From Eledone cirrhosa (Eukaryota): DNA of 64,000 bases. Position numbers and translations under genes: made by a program. Below, in pieces: positions 25,704-38,469 of the stretch (position 1 is its first letter; every line of letters starts with the position of its first letter). Under the pieces are notes generated by a model. That model made no database searches and had not been told where the DNA came from. It saw only the letters and a list, made by a program, of their open reading frames with translations. Location: assembly GCA_964016885.1 (NCBI GenBank), contig OZ024743.1, forward strand, positions 361,336,001 to 361,400,000. Direction: 5' to 3'.

Positions 25704-26189
25704 TTATATCAGTAATTTGTAATTTAGGTGAAATGCCATATATTTGTAGGGAGGAAAAATTGATTATATCGATCCAGTTCTTGACTGATTCTTTAATTTA
25801 TCGACCTTAATGTTTTAAATGAGAACTCAGGTAGACTGGATTTGGTGCAGATGAAGGCCACACCTGTGGTATAGTGGTCATGATACCACGTATGAACAAA
25901 TAAATATTACATGTCATGCAGTTTAACTAAACTAAATATTAATTATTTCTAACATTGACACAAGACCACATATGTGGTAGACATCTCTGTTGACCTGTAC
26001 AGGTCCAGAAAGAGATTAAACATTCGTGGGATCTGAACTTATAACGTTAAAAGACCTAACGAAATACCGCAAGATATTTCGTTCGATGCTTTACTAAATC
26101 TGTTTTGCTCTCAACATAAATGTAGTGTTCTGTTAGAGAGATTGCCATTCTTAGCGATGGGCGGGTACATTGGTTCTCACATGATTCTC

Positions 26190-27990
26190 ACAATTTGCTT
26201 CAAAAAGAGTTTCTGCTGACTGGCTAAACTTAGTGAGGAACATTATACTTGGAGAGGCCATGGGAACTGCCTAGCAAACCTAGGCCCACTGAAAAGCCAT
26301 GATAATTGAACTGTCAAAATAATGTGCAAGATGGATCGGGGCTCGGAACATCAACGAACCTTCTCTCCATTGCTAGTTCCCAAAGTGGGGGCGATCAATG
26401 TGCAACTGAGATGGCGAAAGCAAATATAATGACACCGATACCATTATCTTCTAAAGAAGATAATTGTTTCTACTTTAGGCACAAGGTCAGCAATTATTCA
26501 GTGCATTACTGGTACTTTATTTTATCGACCCCGTAAGGATGAAAGGCAAAGTCAACTTCGGCGATAATGTCTTTGTGACAGGCAACGTCCGCATTCTGTC
26601 TGCATGTAGAATCATGAAATAACTTACACACGATCTTCTCAGATACACATGGGATATCTTAGGACTGGCTAGTGACAGGTGGACTGGATTTGGTGCAACA
26701 ACTACAGATGAAGACCATAACTGTGGTATAGTGATCATGATACCACGTATGAACAAGGAGTGGATTTCATCGTTAACAAAACCAGGGTGAGCTCATTCAT
26801 CAACACATATATCCAGAGGACTCATCATGATGCGTATGGTTGCGAAACCACATAACCTTACCATTATACAGGGCAATGTAACCATTGGCCCGAGTCCGTA
26901 TGACCAATGGATTGGGGAAGTAGGACGATCTGGAATAGAAAATTTCCTTCCACTCACAAGCTGATTCTAACCAACACATTGTTCTCACAAAGACCTCATG
27001 GCATGCATCTTTATTCTTACACCTCGAAAATTCAAGTCTAGCGTCAATAAGGCCAGAACTAGGAACTTCCATGGCGCAGATGAAAATAGTGATCATGATG
27101 TGGTTCTTAAAACAACAAAACTTAGACCAAAAAGGATCCATAAAAAGGGGGATCAAACCTGTCAAGTTTGATGTAGACACACTAAAAGATGTTTGCAATA
27201 ATGTTTGAGGCAAACGTAGGTTGCATATTTGTAGTCCTCAACCTCCTAGGAGACGCTATTAACTCCTCAGCCAACAACATGGGGTAAACACTTCTTCAAA
27301 CAGATTTAGAAGAGCTGAGAGAAAGAGAAGGAAAAAGAAACCAAGTGTCACTGATAACAACTTGGATCTATGTGATTTAAGGTGTGACTTAAGGAAGTCC
27401 GAGTTAATAGATCAGGAAGCAAGAAAACAATTCAATGTAGTGACTACGAAGGTTAGGCAGAAAATGAGGGAAACCAAAGAGAGGCGAATATCAGAAGAGG
27501 GCAAACACATCGGAGCTGGATTTAAAATGGCAACGGTATCGTTCCTTATGAAATACTCAAAAAGCTAATTAAAAAAAGCAACACATCACTGTCATAGAAC
27601 AAAACTGGCTAGCTTCTCATAGATGAGTCCAATGTCATCAAAGGTTGGTTTGAGTATTGCGAGGAGCTTTGTAATCACCAACGTATACATGACAAGAACA
27701 TCCTGGACAATTCCACCAATAAAAACAAATTGAGGATATTCCAACTCTTCAGGGGAATGCCGAAGAGGCGGTGTACATACTCAAAGATGGTAAATTCCTA
27801 GGAGTTGGTAATATTACATCAGAGCTCCAAAATCATGGATCGCCAAAAACTGATAAATGTACAGACAGCCACCTGTCTGGAGATATGGGAAACAAACTAG
27901 TGGCCAAAGGAATGGACAAAATCAATTATAATACTCATTCTCCAGAAAGGAAACTTAAGACATTACCACCTATAAAATTATGGATATAGA
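26190..27990 (+). pseudogene. Highly degenerate RTE LINE 5' part (AP endonuclease to start of RT)
   Basis: NVRIL...RYTWDILGLA..RWTGFG.TTTDE.H.LWYS; later GKFLGVGNITSEL and .WPKEWTKSIII pieces; short duplicate at ~25830-25900. Confidence 0.7.
26465..26562 (-). mobile_element. 5'-truncated Nin SINE inserted in the RTE, TSD GATAAT
   Basis: GATAAT at 26459-26464 and 26563-26568. Confidence 0.85.
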
Positions 27991-28041
27991 GATAACCAGA
28001 ATATAAATCTCGTAAACATATATAAAACCCTATACTAATAG

Positions 28042-28752
28042 GCAATGGCAGACTGGCCAGGTTGCCAGGTTGCCCAATGGCAAGTGGGCCCCAGGGGAGC
28101 CACGGTAGCAATTAAGGGGGTCACGTTAGCATTGCGGAAGCCCACTGTTGTATTCTGGGGGCGAATGCTTTGCTTTCAAAAATTATCATTTAAAAAATCT
28201 CTTAGAGAAAGAATAATTTCTTTTTTAATAAACAATTATAGCAAAGCATTTGGTCAAACATTTCTCTAAGGAATTAATAGAAACCAAAATATATGATAAT
28301 GCTAGCAGTTAGAATCACTGGCTTACTGTATTCATTCATTCATACATGCATGGACACACACGGACACACACACGCCACTGATAATAGATATCTCAGGAAT
28401 AATTCAAATATTACAGAGGCACAAAAATACATAACCGAAATCCCAAGACTTATATAAATATATATATATACAAAATATACACAATCAGGACTTCTTTACA
28501 CTGGACATATATTATGCAGAGTGCTTTAAATTTCACAACAACAATGAAGTCCAAAACATTGCACAAATCCCAAACAGACAGGACTGCGCTCGGTTGTGTC
28601 GTGAAAGCACGCAATAGGAATATATCAACTGAAACATTAAGGTCATATTTAAGCGTCATCTGCAGTTGTAAAGGAAGTGTAGTCAAGTATGGGAAAATAA
28701 ATTAGTGCGGACCCGATTTCATACTACAACGGCACTCGTTTAGTAATCCGAT
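28042..28752. mobile_element. Possible non-autonomous DNA transposon remnant (hAT-like end)
   Basis: Left end CAATGGCAGACTGGCC followed by GC-rich GGGCCCC motifs; right end only weakly matching (TAGTAATCCG). Confidence 0.3.
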
Positions 28753-29319
28753 AAACATATCTCAAATATTAAAGTGTGTTAAGTAATAAATAAGAAAATT
28801 ACACATTATATAAAATTATCTTAGCAAATTCATTGAAATACGATTATCAAAGCTGACTATTTTCTTTCACTTTCATTTTTGCAATAACCCTCCATCAATC
28901 TCTTTCAATCAGATTGTTCTTATCTCCCAGGCTTTCTTTAGTTTCTGAAACTAACTTTATAAGACGTTTTTCTTCTCTTCCTTCTTTCCTACCTTCTTTC
29001 TTCTTCCTTTCATGTCATCATTCCTATATTACTTTCATTTGTATTTTATTGTATCTCCATCAATATTTTCAAAACCTTTTTTTCTATTTTCCCTCTCACA
29101 TACTTTCTCTACACCAGCTGGGAGCATTTCAATTGATGCACATTAATTACGTTGGACATTTGAAAAGCATGAATATATCATTATTTCTTCTGCCTTGATG
29201 TTTATTTACTAAAATGTTATTCTTATTCGTTATTATTAGTATGTGGCGTTTTCTAGGTATTTTGATGATTCTAACAGTTTTGTAATTTGAGATTCAAGTC
29301 AAATCTTTTGTCCTCAGTT

Positions 29320-29660
29320 GTTCAGCAGATATCCAGCTTATTCCTAAAAAAATAATAAATTTCTGCAAATGCATTTTTTTCTGTTTTATTGGAATACATT
29401 TCAACCAGCCCGAAAATATTTTGCGCACTGCCCCTAGAGCCCAAATAATTATTGGTTACTATATGGACGCTCTTACATTTCCAGATACCCCAAACCTTAA
29501 ACTTCAAATCATCATAGCTTTCTACATTGTCAATTTCTTTTTTCTTGGCTCTAAATTCCATAGGAGATACAACATTCTTTTTTCAACTTATGTCTGGATT
29601 GTTGATTTGCATAAGAAAATCGAAAAGGATCTTCAATTTCTCATTCTCCATTACGTTTTA
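29320..29660 (-). pseudogene. Degenerate R4-type RLE endonuclease 3' fragment
   Basis: KKEID.VESYDDLKFKV.GIWKCKSVHIV resembles EK..KY.DLK.E...IW....V.VVP. Confidence 0.6.
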
Positions 29661-29695
29661 TAAAAAAAAAAAAAAAAAATAATAATAATAATAAT

Positions 29696-30256
29696 TGTTT
29701 CTACTTTAGGCACAAGGCCAGCAATTATCCAGTGCATTACTGGTACTTTATTTTATCGACCCCGTAAGGATGAAAGGCAAAGTCAACCTCGGCGGGATTT
29801 GAACTCAGATCATAAAGGGACGTAACTATGCTGGAAAGCATGGCGTCCGACCCTCTACCGATACTGCCAATCCACCACCTTCATAATAATAATAATAATA
29901 ATTGTTTCTACTTTAGGCACAAGGCCAGCAATTACCCAGTGCATTACTGGTACTTTTATTTTATCGACCCCGTAAGGATGAAAGGCAAAGTCAACCTCGG
30001 CGGGATTTGAACTCAGATCGTAAAGGGACTATGCTGGAAAGCAGGGTGTCTGACCCTCTACCGATTAATAATTGTTTCTACTTTAGGCACAAGGCCAGCA
30101 ATTACCCAGTGCATTACTGGTACTTTATTTTATCGACCCCGTAATGATGAAAGGCAAAGTCAACCTCGGCGGGATTTGAACTCAGATCGTAAAGGGACGT
30201 AACTATGCTGGAAAGCATGGCGTCCGACCCTCTACCGATACTGCCAATCCACCGCC
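29696..30256 (-). mobile_element. Three tandem Nin SINE copies (29696-29879, 29903-30065, 30073-30256)
   Basis: Each starts after (AAT)n; the third has a 17-bp TSD CTCTACCGATTAATAAT at 30056-30072 and 30257-30273. Confidence 0.92.
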
Positions 30257-30276
30257 CTCTACCGATTAATAATGAT

Positions 30277-31110
30277 CAGTGGTTAGCATCCTCTGGACTG
30301 AAATTGGAGACTGAAGGACTGATTATATCAACACAAGATCAGTGTCTGCCAACAAAAAATTACCAAGCCAACATAATAAAAAATGGATGCAACCCATTAT
30401 GCCGTGTATGTAAAAAACAACCAGAGACCATTGACCATATAATTTCAATGTGCAGTCCTATAGCTCCAACCGAATACCTAAACAGGTATGACAGTGCTGC
30501 ACAATACATACATTGGATAATGTGTAAGCATTTTGACCTGCCCCATCAAATTAATTGGTGGGAGCATCAACCACCTCCCATACTTGAAAGAGATCACATC
30601 TCAACCTTGTGGAACTTTAGCATCCAAACAGACCGAAAAATAGATGCAAATAGACCAGATATAATATTGAAGGATTTTAAAAAGAGGGTATGCCTGCCAA
30701 TTGATATGTCTGTTCCAATAGACAAGAATGTATCTATAAAAACATTTGAAAAATTGAGCAAGTATAAGGACCTGGAGATAGAAATTGGAAAAATGTGGAA
30801 ATTGAGAACTAAAACAATACCAGTGGTTGTAGGCGCTCTGGGAATGATACCTAAGAGGTCTAATGATTACTTATCGCAAATCCCAGGAAACCCGCGTATA
30901 GGAGAAATACAAAAGATAGTACTAATGGGAACTGCCCATATACTAAGGAAGATTCTGTCAATATAAGTACATCACAAGTCTAAACGCTAAAGATGCATGT
31001 GTGAGTATGTATGTTCTTTCTTGAACATGGCGGACCTTGTTGTCTCTTGGGGTCACTGGTTGTGACTTGGTGATATCTCGTATGAACATAAAGCAAGATA
31101 AATGCAACTG
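30277..31110 (+). mobile_element. 5'-truncated R4/Dong family B copy (CCHC + RLE + 3' UTR)
   Basis: Near-identical to 41345-42165; followed by (TAA)n. Confidence 0.93.
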
Positions 31111-31158
31111 TAATAATAATAATAATAATAATAATAATTATAATAATAATAATAATTA

Positions 31159-31632
31159 TGAGAGTCGGTGATAGAAAACGATCAGGTGAAGGTGCTGTGC
31201 GATTTTAGGATACAAACGGACAAGAAACTGGAACACAATAGACCTGACCTGGTGGTTTTGGACAAAGAGAAAAGATCGTGCCTGATTGTGGATGTGGCCT
31301 GCCCATTCGACACGAGAGTGCAAGAGAAGGAGAGGGAGAAAATTAACCGATACCAGGACTTAAAGTGGTAGGTAAAAAGGATTTGAAACAGCCATGAAGT
31401 CAAAGTGGTCCCGATTGTCATAGACGCACTAGGTACTATCTCAAAAGGTTTCCAGGGATGGTTAAAGAAAATTGGCCCCTTCACGCTTTTTGGAACGATT
31501 CAAAAGGCATGCTTGCTGGGAACAGCAAGAACCCTCCGATACGTCCTGAATATCTGAGGCTGCAGGTAGTGGCTTGATATTCATTTCAACAAACTTTCTA
31601 GTTAACTAACATCTATGACTGAGACTCAAAGA
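31159..31632 (+). mobile_element. 5'-truncated R4/Dong family A copy
   Basis: Matches 18334-18770 (RPDLVVLDK..IVDVACPFD); flanked by (TAA)n. Confidence 0.92.
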
Positions 31633-31649
31633 ACAATAATAATAATTAT

Positions 31650-31829
31650 TATTTCTACTTTAGGCACAAGGCCAGCAAATACACAGGGCATTACTGGTAC
31701 TTTATTTTATCGACCCTGTAAGGATGAAAGGCAAAGTTAACCTCGGCGGGATTTGAACTCAGATCGTAAAGGGACGTAACTATGCTGGAAAGCATGGCGT
31801 CCGACTCTCTACCGATACTGCCAATCCAC
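31650..31829 (-). mobile_element. Nin-domain SINE
   Basis: Same consensus as the other copies. Confidence 0.9.
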
Positions 31830-32081
31830 AATAATGTTTTCTTTATTAACCACAAGGGTTTACATAAAGTAGACATTAAGGACAGTACAGAACAATACAG
31901 GACGGTACAAATGGGCATTTCTGCGTGTAAAAAAAAGAGAGGATGTAATAACAAAAATAACAATGAAAATTCCCCAATAGGGGGAGACTTCCGAGGGACA
32001 TTTGTGGAGAAAGCCCATTAGAAAGCCACGGTGACCCTGACCACCAGGGCAAGTGCCCTCTCCCAGTTTTCCTCCTTTAAT

Positions 32082-35000
32082 TTACAGAGACATACTCAGA
32101 GTAGGCCCATTCACTCGGGCCATACTTGCTTCTTTCACCCATCTTTCAACAAATTGCTGGGAAGAGAGCACTTCCCTCTCTACCCTGATTTTCCTTTTCA
32201 AAGGAAATTTGAAAAAGTTAATCAGGGCATCACCGAAGAAGTAAGTGCTCGTCTTCAGCCCTTTCAAACGTGTCCCCCATACTATATCTTTCGGCATGGC
32301 CACCAGACAGATAAAGACTGCCTGCCCTTCCGGGGTAAAGGAAGTGGGCGGGGCAATCCTCACGATGGACTCAGCTGATAGCTGGATCCGTCCTACACGT
32401 GACAACAGGTGTTCGACATAAACCCACAAGACAGCAATGCTCGGACAATGGACGAGTGCGTGCAGGACGGTTTCGTCGCCCTGCGTGCATCTGTAGAGTT
32501 TATCCCGAACTGGCAAAGCTCCTCGGTAGCACTGCCAGGCCAGGGATTTCTGGAAGTTGTCCATAGGCCCCGGGCCGAAAGTCCTTCCGAAGAGATTGGC
32601 TAGTTGATTTTCGTCGACGCCTAGAGTTTCTCCAAGTACGTTGTCGCTCTTCTCCTCCACTAATCTTCTATAGAACGCCAAGGTGGAGTTTTCACCGATC
32701 ACATTGCCCGACTGGTCGAGGGCTGTGAGAGCCTGAAGACATTCCAGTCTCCAAGCGCTCCCTCTCGGTCTTCATTTGACCCAGGACTGCAGCTCCGTCA
32801 ACGAGACGAGCTGGGGAAAGACGCATCTACCAAACGGCGACCACACCTGATCACCGTCGAGGAAGAGGTGGAGACGACGTAGCCTGAGCGCGTGTCTGCG
32901 CATCATCAGCCACGGCATGCCCAGCCCTCCACGTAGCGGGTGTTGACAGCAGATGGACCGCCTGACCATCGGAGCGCGTCCCTTCCACAAAAAGCGAAAG
33001 AGCAAACGCTCCGGCGCAGTCAAGCGGGGCTTAGGACAAGGTACGACGATCAGGCGGTAGTAGATGACGGACGCGATGTACGCGTTAGCCACCTCCGCTC
33101 GACCTTTCAGGGATAGCTTCCTCTTGGCCCATTTCTGGGTGAGAGAAGCCACCCTGCTTGTCACCTCGTACCAGTTTTTGTCCGTCTGGAGGCCCGGACC
33201 GAACCAGACCCCTAGCAATTTAACCGGTCCATCCGTCCAGCGCCCGACGACGCTGTTGGACGGCATGGACCTGCCTCTCCAGGTGCCGAGCTGCAGGCCC
33301 ACTGACTTTTCCTGGTTGATCATTGCTCCTGTCACCGCTTCGTATTCTCTTAGTGTAGTGCCGATCGCCTCGATGTGTTTGGCGTTCTACACCACTACGG
33401 TGACATCGTCCGCACATACTGACACGGATCTTCCGCATCCTAGTTCGCGCGGGACCCCCGTCAACGTCTCCAGCTTGTGCAGTAATGGCTCGAGTGTCAA
33501 TACGTACAAGAGGGACGGGAGGGGACATCCTTGGCGGACCGAGCGCATGATGTTGAACGGTTCCGAAGGTGACCGTTCACTCTCACCACAGCGCAGATGT
33601 CGCTGTGCATTGCAGCGATCAAGCCTCTGAAGATGGTCCCAAAGCCAGCCTCCCTCAGGAATGCCGCTAGGTAACGATGGTCGACCCTATCGAAAGCTTT
33701 CCAATGATCTAAATTGATCAAGGAGCCACTCGTACCAGGTTCCTTAGCTACCCTCTCTAGGATGTATCGCATGAGGTGGAGGTTGTCGTGGATGGATCTG
33801 TCAGGAATGGCGCATGTCTGCACCTCTCCCACCAGACCACCAACGACGAGCGCCAACCTCTTTGCTAGCACCTTGGCCAAAATCTTGAACTCTGTTTAGC
33901 AGAGTTATGGGCCTGAAATTATCTATGTTATCCCCCTTGTTCGGATCCTTTCTCAGCAACGCCACAGCTCCTCGGCTCACAGTCTGGGAATTCTCCCGTT
34001 CTGTTACCAGTTACAGTAGACGTCCGCCAAGAGGCCTCCGAACAAGTCTGGCATCTGTACGTAAAGTTCATAGGGCATACCATCCACACCAGGCGATTTA
34101 CCCCTTGTGCAGCCAGTCATTGCCTCCCGTACTTCACTTCAGCGGCTGTTATAGGCGTTTCGCAACCCTCCGCCTCTGTGGTATTCCGTCGAGGTAGACA
34201 CTAAAATTTATCCCTCGATCCGGCCCGCCGCTGCCCCCGAACAGCTGTGCGAAGTGTCGCTGAAAAGCTTCACACATTTGCCCGGGATCGAGTAGCATTC
34301 GCCCGTCGTGGTCCACCAAAGACCGTATCGTGGCTTTGTTGCCATGACGCGCCTCCGCCACTCGCACCCATTGAACGGCTTTCGTCCCCTCGTGTCTGAG
34401 AGCAGGCATCCTAGCTCTGACAACGCAGTCTCGTGCTTTGCATTGAAGTATTGGTCAAGGGCCTATTTCGCCGCAAGTACGTCGGTCGCGAAGCCTTTGC
34501 TAAGCGCCTCGTCTAATTTTCTAACTAGTTCTCCCTCTGCTCTATTTTTCTCTATTGCTAAAGCCTTACTGAACCTAATGGACTCTATTCTAATCGCTCT
34601 TTTCAGAGCAAACCACCACTTGTTGTTCACGATGGTCATCGTCAACGCCCGCTTAACTAGTTCCCTAATCCGGTCTCTGTAGGCCTTGTGCGCTGGTAAG
34701 GACGCGTTTAGCTTCCAGTAGCCGAGTCCTCGTCTATGAAGCCTATCTAAGTCAAGCACACAGATCACGAATTAGTGGTCCGTGTAGCTGACTATCCTGA
34801 ATTGTGGACAGCCTATGCTAGACCTATCTATTTCCCTACAAAATACTCTATCTAGATATGATCTGGATGACCCTATGTGATTTGTCCAAGTCCACATTGG
34901 CACATTCGGGAAATACAATCGGTACCTATCAGACAGTTCAAAACGCCTGAGCGGGTTGGTGAGGCTCTTGCACCCTCCTACCCTATCCGCTAATCCCACA

Positions 35001-35454
35001 CAGTCCCGGCGTGCATCTAAGATCCCGTCCAGTCGCTCACTAACACTAAATAGCGGGACGTTCGAGGAAAGGTCTCCAGACGCCGGAAGAAATCAGGCCG
35101 CCCTGCTCCTGTCGGGGCATAGACGGGCACTAGCCTGAAAGCTTGCTCGTCTCCGCTGGTCACCTCCAGCACCACCAACTTACCTTCCGGGTCCAGGAAG
35201 ATGGCCCGTATGGCGAGAGCCAAACCTCTCCGAAAAAGCACAGCATATCATACCCCCGATCCCGGACGGCTGGGAGATGCGTACACATCGTAGCCGCCGA
35301 AGATCGGTGCGAAGGCCCGTGCTTCGGAGATTCTGGTCTCGTTGATGGCCACTACATCTATGTTTAGTGACCTGAGGTCGTTGAGCAGGTGGCCCTGCTT
35401 CCATGATGACCCCAAGCAACGCGAATTTATGCTGCCTATTCTGAGTGAGGTCAT
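32082..35454 (-). pseudogene. Tx1/L1 ORF2: AP endonuclease + RT + zf-RVT region
   Basis: LRIGSINSR, AINETR, VYAP, SYLDRVF, YTDH, GYWKLNAS, INLD.WKAFDRVDH, LSLKGRAEV, GGLGMP, ETVLHALVHCP. Confidence 0.9.
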
Positions 35455-35488
35455 GTTGAAATGGAGTGGAAAAGATGGGAAAGACCAC

Positions 35489-37096
35489 TTACCTTACTTC
35501 TCGTAGAGGAAGAATGGTTTCTCCATCCTTTTCCCTGCTCGTGGCATCCTCCGGAAGGATGTCCTTATAAATACTCCTTGAGAGTTCTTGTCGGAAGTCT
35601 CCGATGTCTTTGGGGAATTTTTGTTTTAGTGTCGTGTATGTTTTCTGTGTGATTCGAGTGATTTGTATGTGTGGAGGTGGTGTGAACTGTTGGGTTGTTG
35701 TGTAGTCTTTTTCTGTGATTCTGGTGTTGTGTTGGATGTAATGTAATAATTGGTTGTTGTTCAAATTTAATGCTGTGTAGTGTGTATCGTTTTGTTTTTT
35801 TTGTTTTGTTTGCGTTTGTTGTGAGTTTGTTTCTGTTTCGCTTTTAGGTGAGTTTTGTTGTGTTGGTGATGGTGGTGTTGGGGTTAATGATGGTGATGAT
35901 GTTGGTGTTTGTGGTGATGGGGTTGGTGATGCTTGTGTGGATGGTGGCATAGCTGTCCTAATTTTTTGTTTGATAGTTTATTTTTTTCCCTCTGTATTTT
36001 GTTTTTGGAGGAGGAGTGAAGATGATTTTCTTTCTTTTTTGGTTTCTTTTTCTTTTTTCCTGATACCGTTTCCCACTCCTCGTCGTCACAATCTGTCTCC
36101 AGTTGCGATAGGTGGGGGAGTGGAAAATCTTCCACAGGCGTGGGTTTTGGTTGAGGCGTGGTTGATGGTGTAGGCGTTGGTGCTAGTTCTGGCGCGTTGG
36201 GTGGTGGTGATGTTGGTTTTGCTACTGTTGCTGGGGTTGTTGCTGTTACAGTTGCTTCTGTTGCTGCTGCTACAGTTGTTGCTACCATTTCTGCTGCTGG
36301 TGGTGTTGATGGTTGAGTCACTGGGGTGGGTAATAGAGGTGGCCTCAACCTTTTAGCCTGAGGGCAGAAAGCCCTTAGGTGTGTTCCTTCACCACAAACG
36401 ACACACATAGGCCTTCTGCCCTCGACGATTACGGTGAGGTGGCTGCCGTCAATGAGGTCTATTACCTGTGGGATCTCCTCAATGCTTTTTTGGTCCGCTT
36501 GGATCAGGAGATCCATCCCAGATCCGGACCAATTCTCCTGCTTTTCATTCGCTATTTCGATTATCTTGGTGTTGGGTTCGATGCCGGCGAGGACGGTAGC
36601 TATTAGCCAGGGAATTTCGATGGTCGGTGGAACGTGGGTCACCCTGATCTTCACGAGTCTCTGGCCACAATAGCTTGGGACGAGTGTGAAGTCGTCACTT
36701 CTTAATAGGGGACATAGAGTGTTCTCTGGCCTCCTGTGGTGTTTCAAAGAACACGTCCACGGTTCCATATTTCTGCCCACGTCTGATGTGGAGTTTTTTT
36801 GCCCTCACATGTCCTAAAGTTTGGACTCGGATGTCCGTTCCACTCGGCGCGATTTTATGTTAATCGTCCGATAAGACACGGTGCATAGGCGCCGATGCTC
36901 CATTTTATTAGGTGGGGGTGGCGGCTTTAACACCTGCAGTCATTGGTAATGGCGGGAAATGAATGTCTGCCTGAAACAAATTTAAAATATTGCTAGTGCT
37001 TATATTTTTAGTGTTGGCAAACGTAGTAATATTTACAATAGTGGTGTTGGTGTGAGGTGTTAATTTGTGAGGAAGGTGTGAGACTGAGTCGTCCAT
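35489..37096 (-). pseudogene. Tx1/L1 ORF1 with a CCHC zinc knuckle and a Pro/Thr-rich linker
   Basis: VIVEGRRPMCVVCGEGTHLRAFCP (CX2CX4HX4C); frameshifted pieces 36908-37096, 35884-36780, 35489-35950. Confidence 0.8.
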
Positions 37097-37338
37097 GATT
37101 TTTCAAAGACAAATTTTTGTTTGATAATTATAAAAGTTTAAATTTTGGGCTCAACGCCCCAATCTTTTGGGTGTCCTTCTCAGATCACAATGTATGTGCA
37201 CTTATATACAGTTAACAATAAAAATTTTCCATAAATGGCAATTTTAAACAACTGAAAATAACAAACCTTTGCGGAGCTCACGATGATACGATTTACTACG
37301 TAGGTCGCCGATAGTAATAATAATATTAATAATAATAA

Positions 37339-38200
37339 AGGAGGGAAGGAGACGCACGTGGTCGATAGAGTGTTATGGAATTGCTCCCGTAAGTTTTTGA
37401 TTTTTAACATATTTAAAACAATTGTGATACAACGATTCGCAGTACAAATGGGACATAAAGCGCTAGTCTTTTTACTCTCAGGTAATTCGGATCCATAATA
37501 TCCTGTTATATCGCTCAAATATTCAATTTTGTATTATAAATTTTATATTAAAAAAAGAAAATGGCTATAAATGGAAGAAAAGCCCCTCTGTCTACACTAT
37601 ATAGAACAGCCACATAACAACAATTTCACCGACAAAACAAACTAGATACACCACCTATCCCATCACCCCTCTGTGTACACTAAATACAACAGCCAGATAA
37701 CGGCAATTTCACCACCACCACCAATCCCAGCATAATAATAATAATTACTATTATTGTATCTCAAGTTTTCTCAAAATGTTTAATTCAAATATTAAGGAAA
37801 TATATCAACACATATATTAAACATACGCGACAAACCGCATAGATATACAGATCAAACAAACGCATAATACTACAGTCTATTCAACAAAACTCAGTAACCA
37901 CAATGCCATCACTATAGTCACCGCCGCCACCACTTCATCATTGCTACCACTATCCCATCACTGTCGCCACCACTCCTTCATTGCTGCCACCACTATTCCC
38001 CCACTACCTTCTGTTAATTTAAGAAAGGGGAAGGTGGCGGTATCCCTAGACAGGGGATAGGCTAGCAAAAGGTATAAATCGACTGACGTAGTGACCGGGT
38101 CAAACGTCAACGACTATGGCACTGCTGGCTCCCCCTTCCCCATCAACAATAGTAAAAGACCCAGCACCACCACCGACATGACCAACAACAATAACAGGCA
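37339..38200 (+). repeat. Second copy of the unclassified repeat at 14391
   Basis: See the 14391 feature. Confidence 0.7.
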
Positions 38201-38469
38201 ACTTCAAAAAAAGTATATTATATTATTAATAATAATTTTATTCTTAAGCCACGCAATGCTCGCATTAAGGAACAACTCATGATAATAACAATTTAAAAAA
38301 CAACAAAAAAGCAAACCCCGTGACCAAGAAATACCGGGATGGTGGCCCGCGGGGAATAGCCGTGTTTCTAGGGGAGGACTACCCCTCTAGTCTTGGTTCG
38401 CACTCGTCCTAGAAGTGGTAACACGAAAGGATTACCCCTTGGCGGGTAAAACGCGACAAAATAAAGTAA

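Larger units (their letters stand above)
31830..37315 (-). mobile_element. Full-length Tx1/L1-clade LINE (~5.5 kb), mutated
   Basis: ORF1 + ORF2; 3' end CCCTTGTGGTTAATAAAGAAAACATTATT; apparent 5' end at ~37315 adjoining (AAT)n. Confidence 0.9.

Noticed and set aside
29696-30256. CRISPR-like or satellite array
   Set aside because: Units are whole SINE copies with tails and a TSD; eukaryotic context
30205-30966. 253-aa ORF as a standalone gene
   Set aside because: Chance fusion of antisense SINE sequence with a truncated R4 3' end
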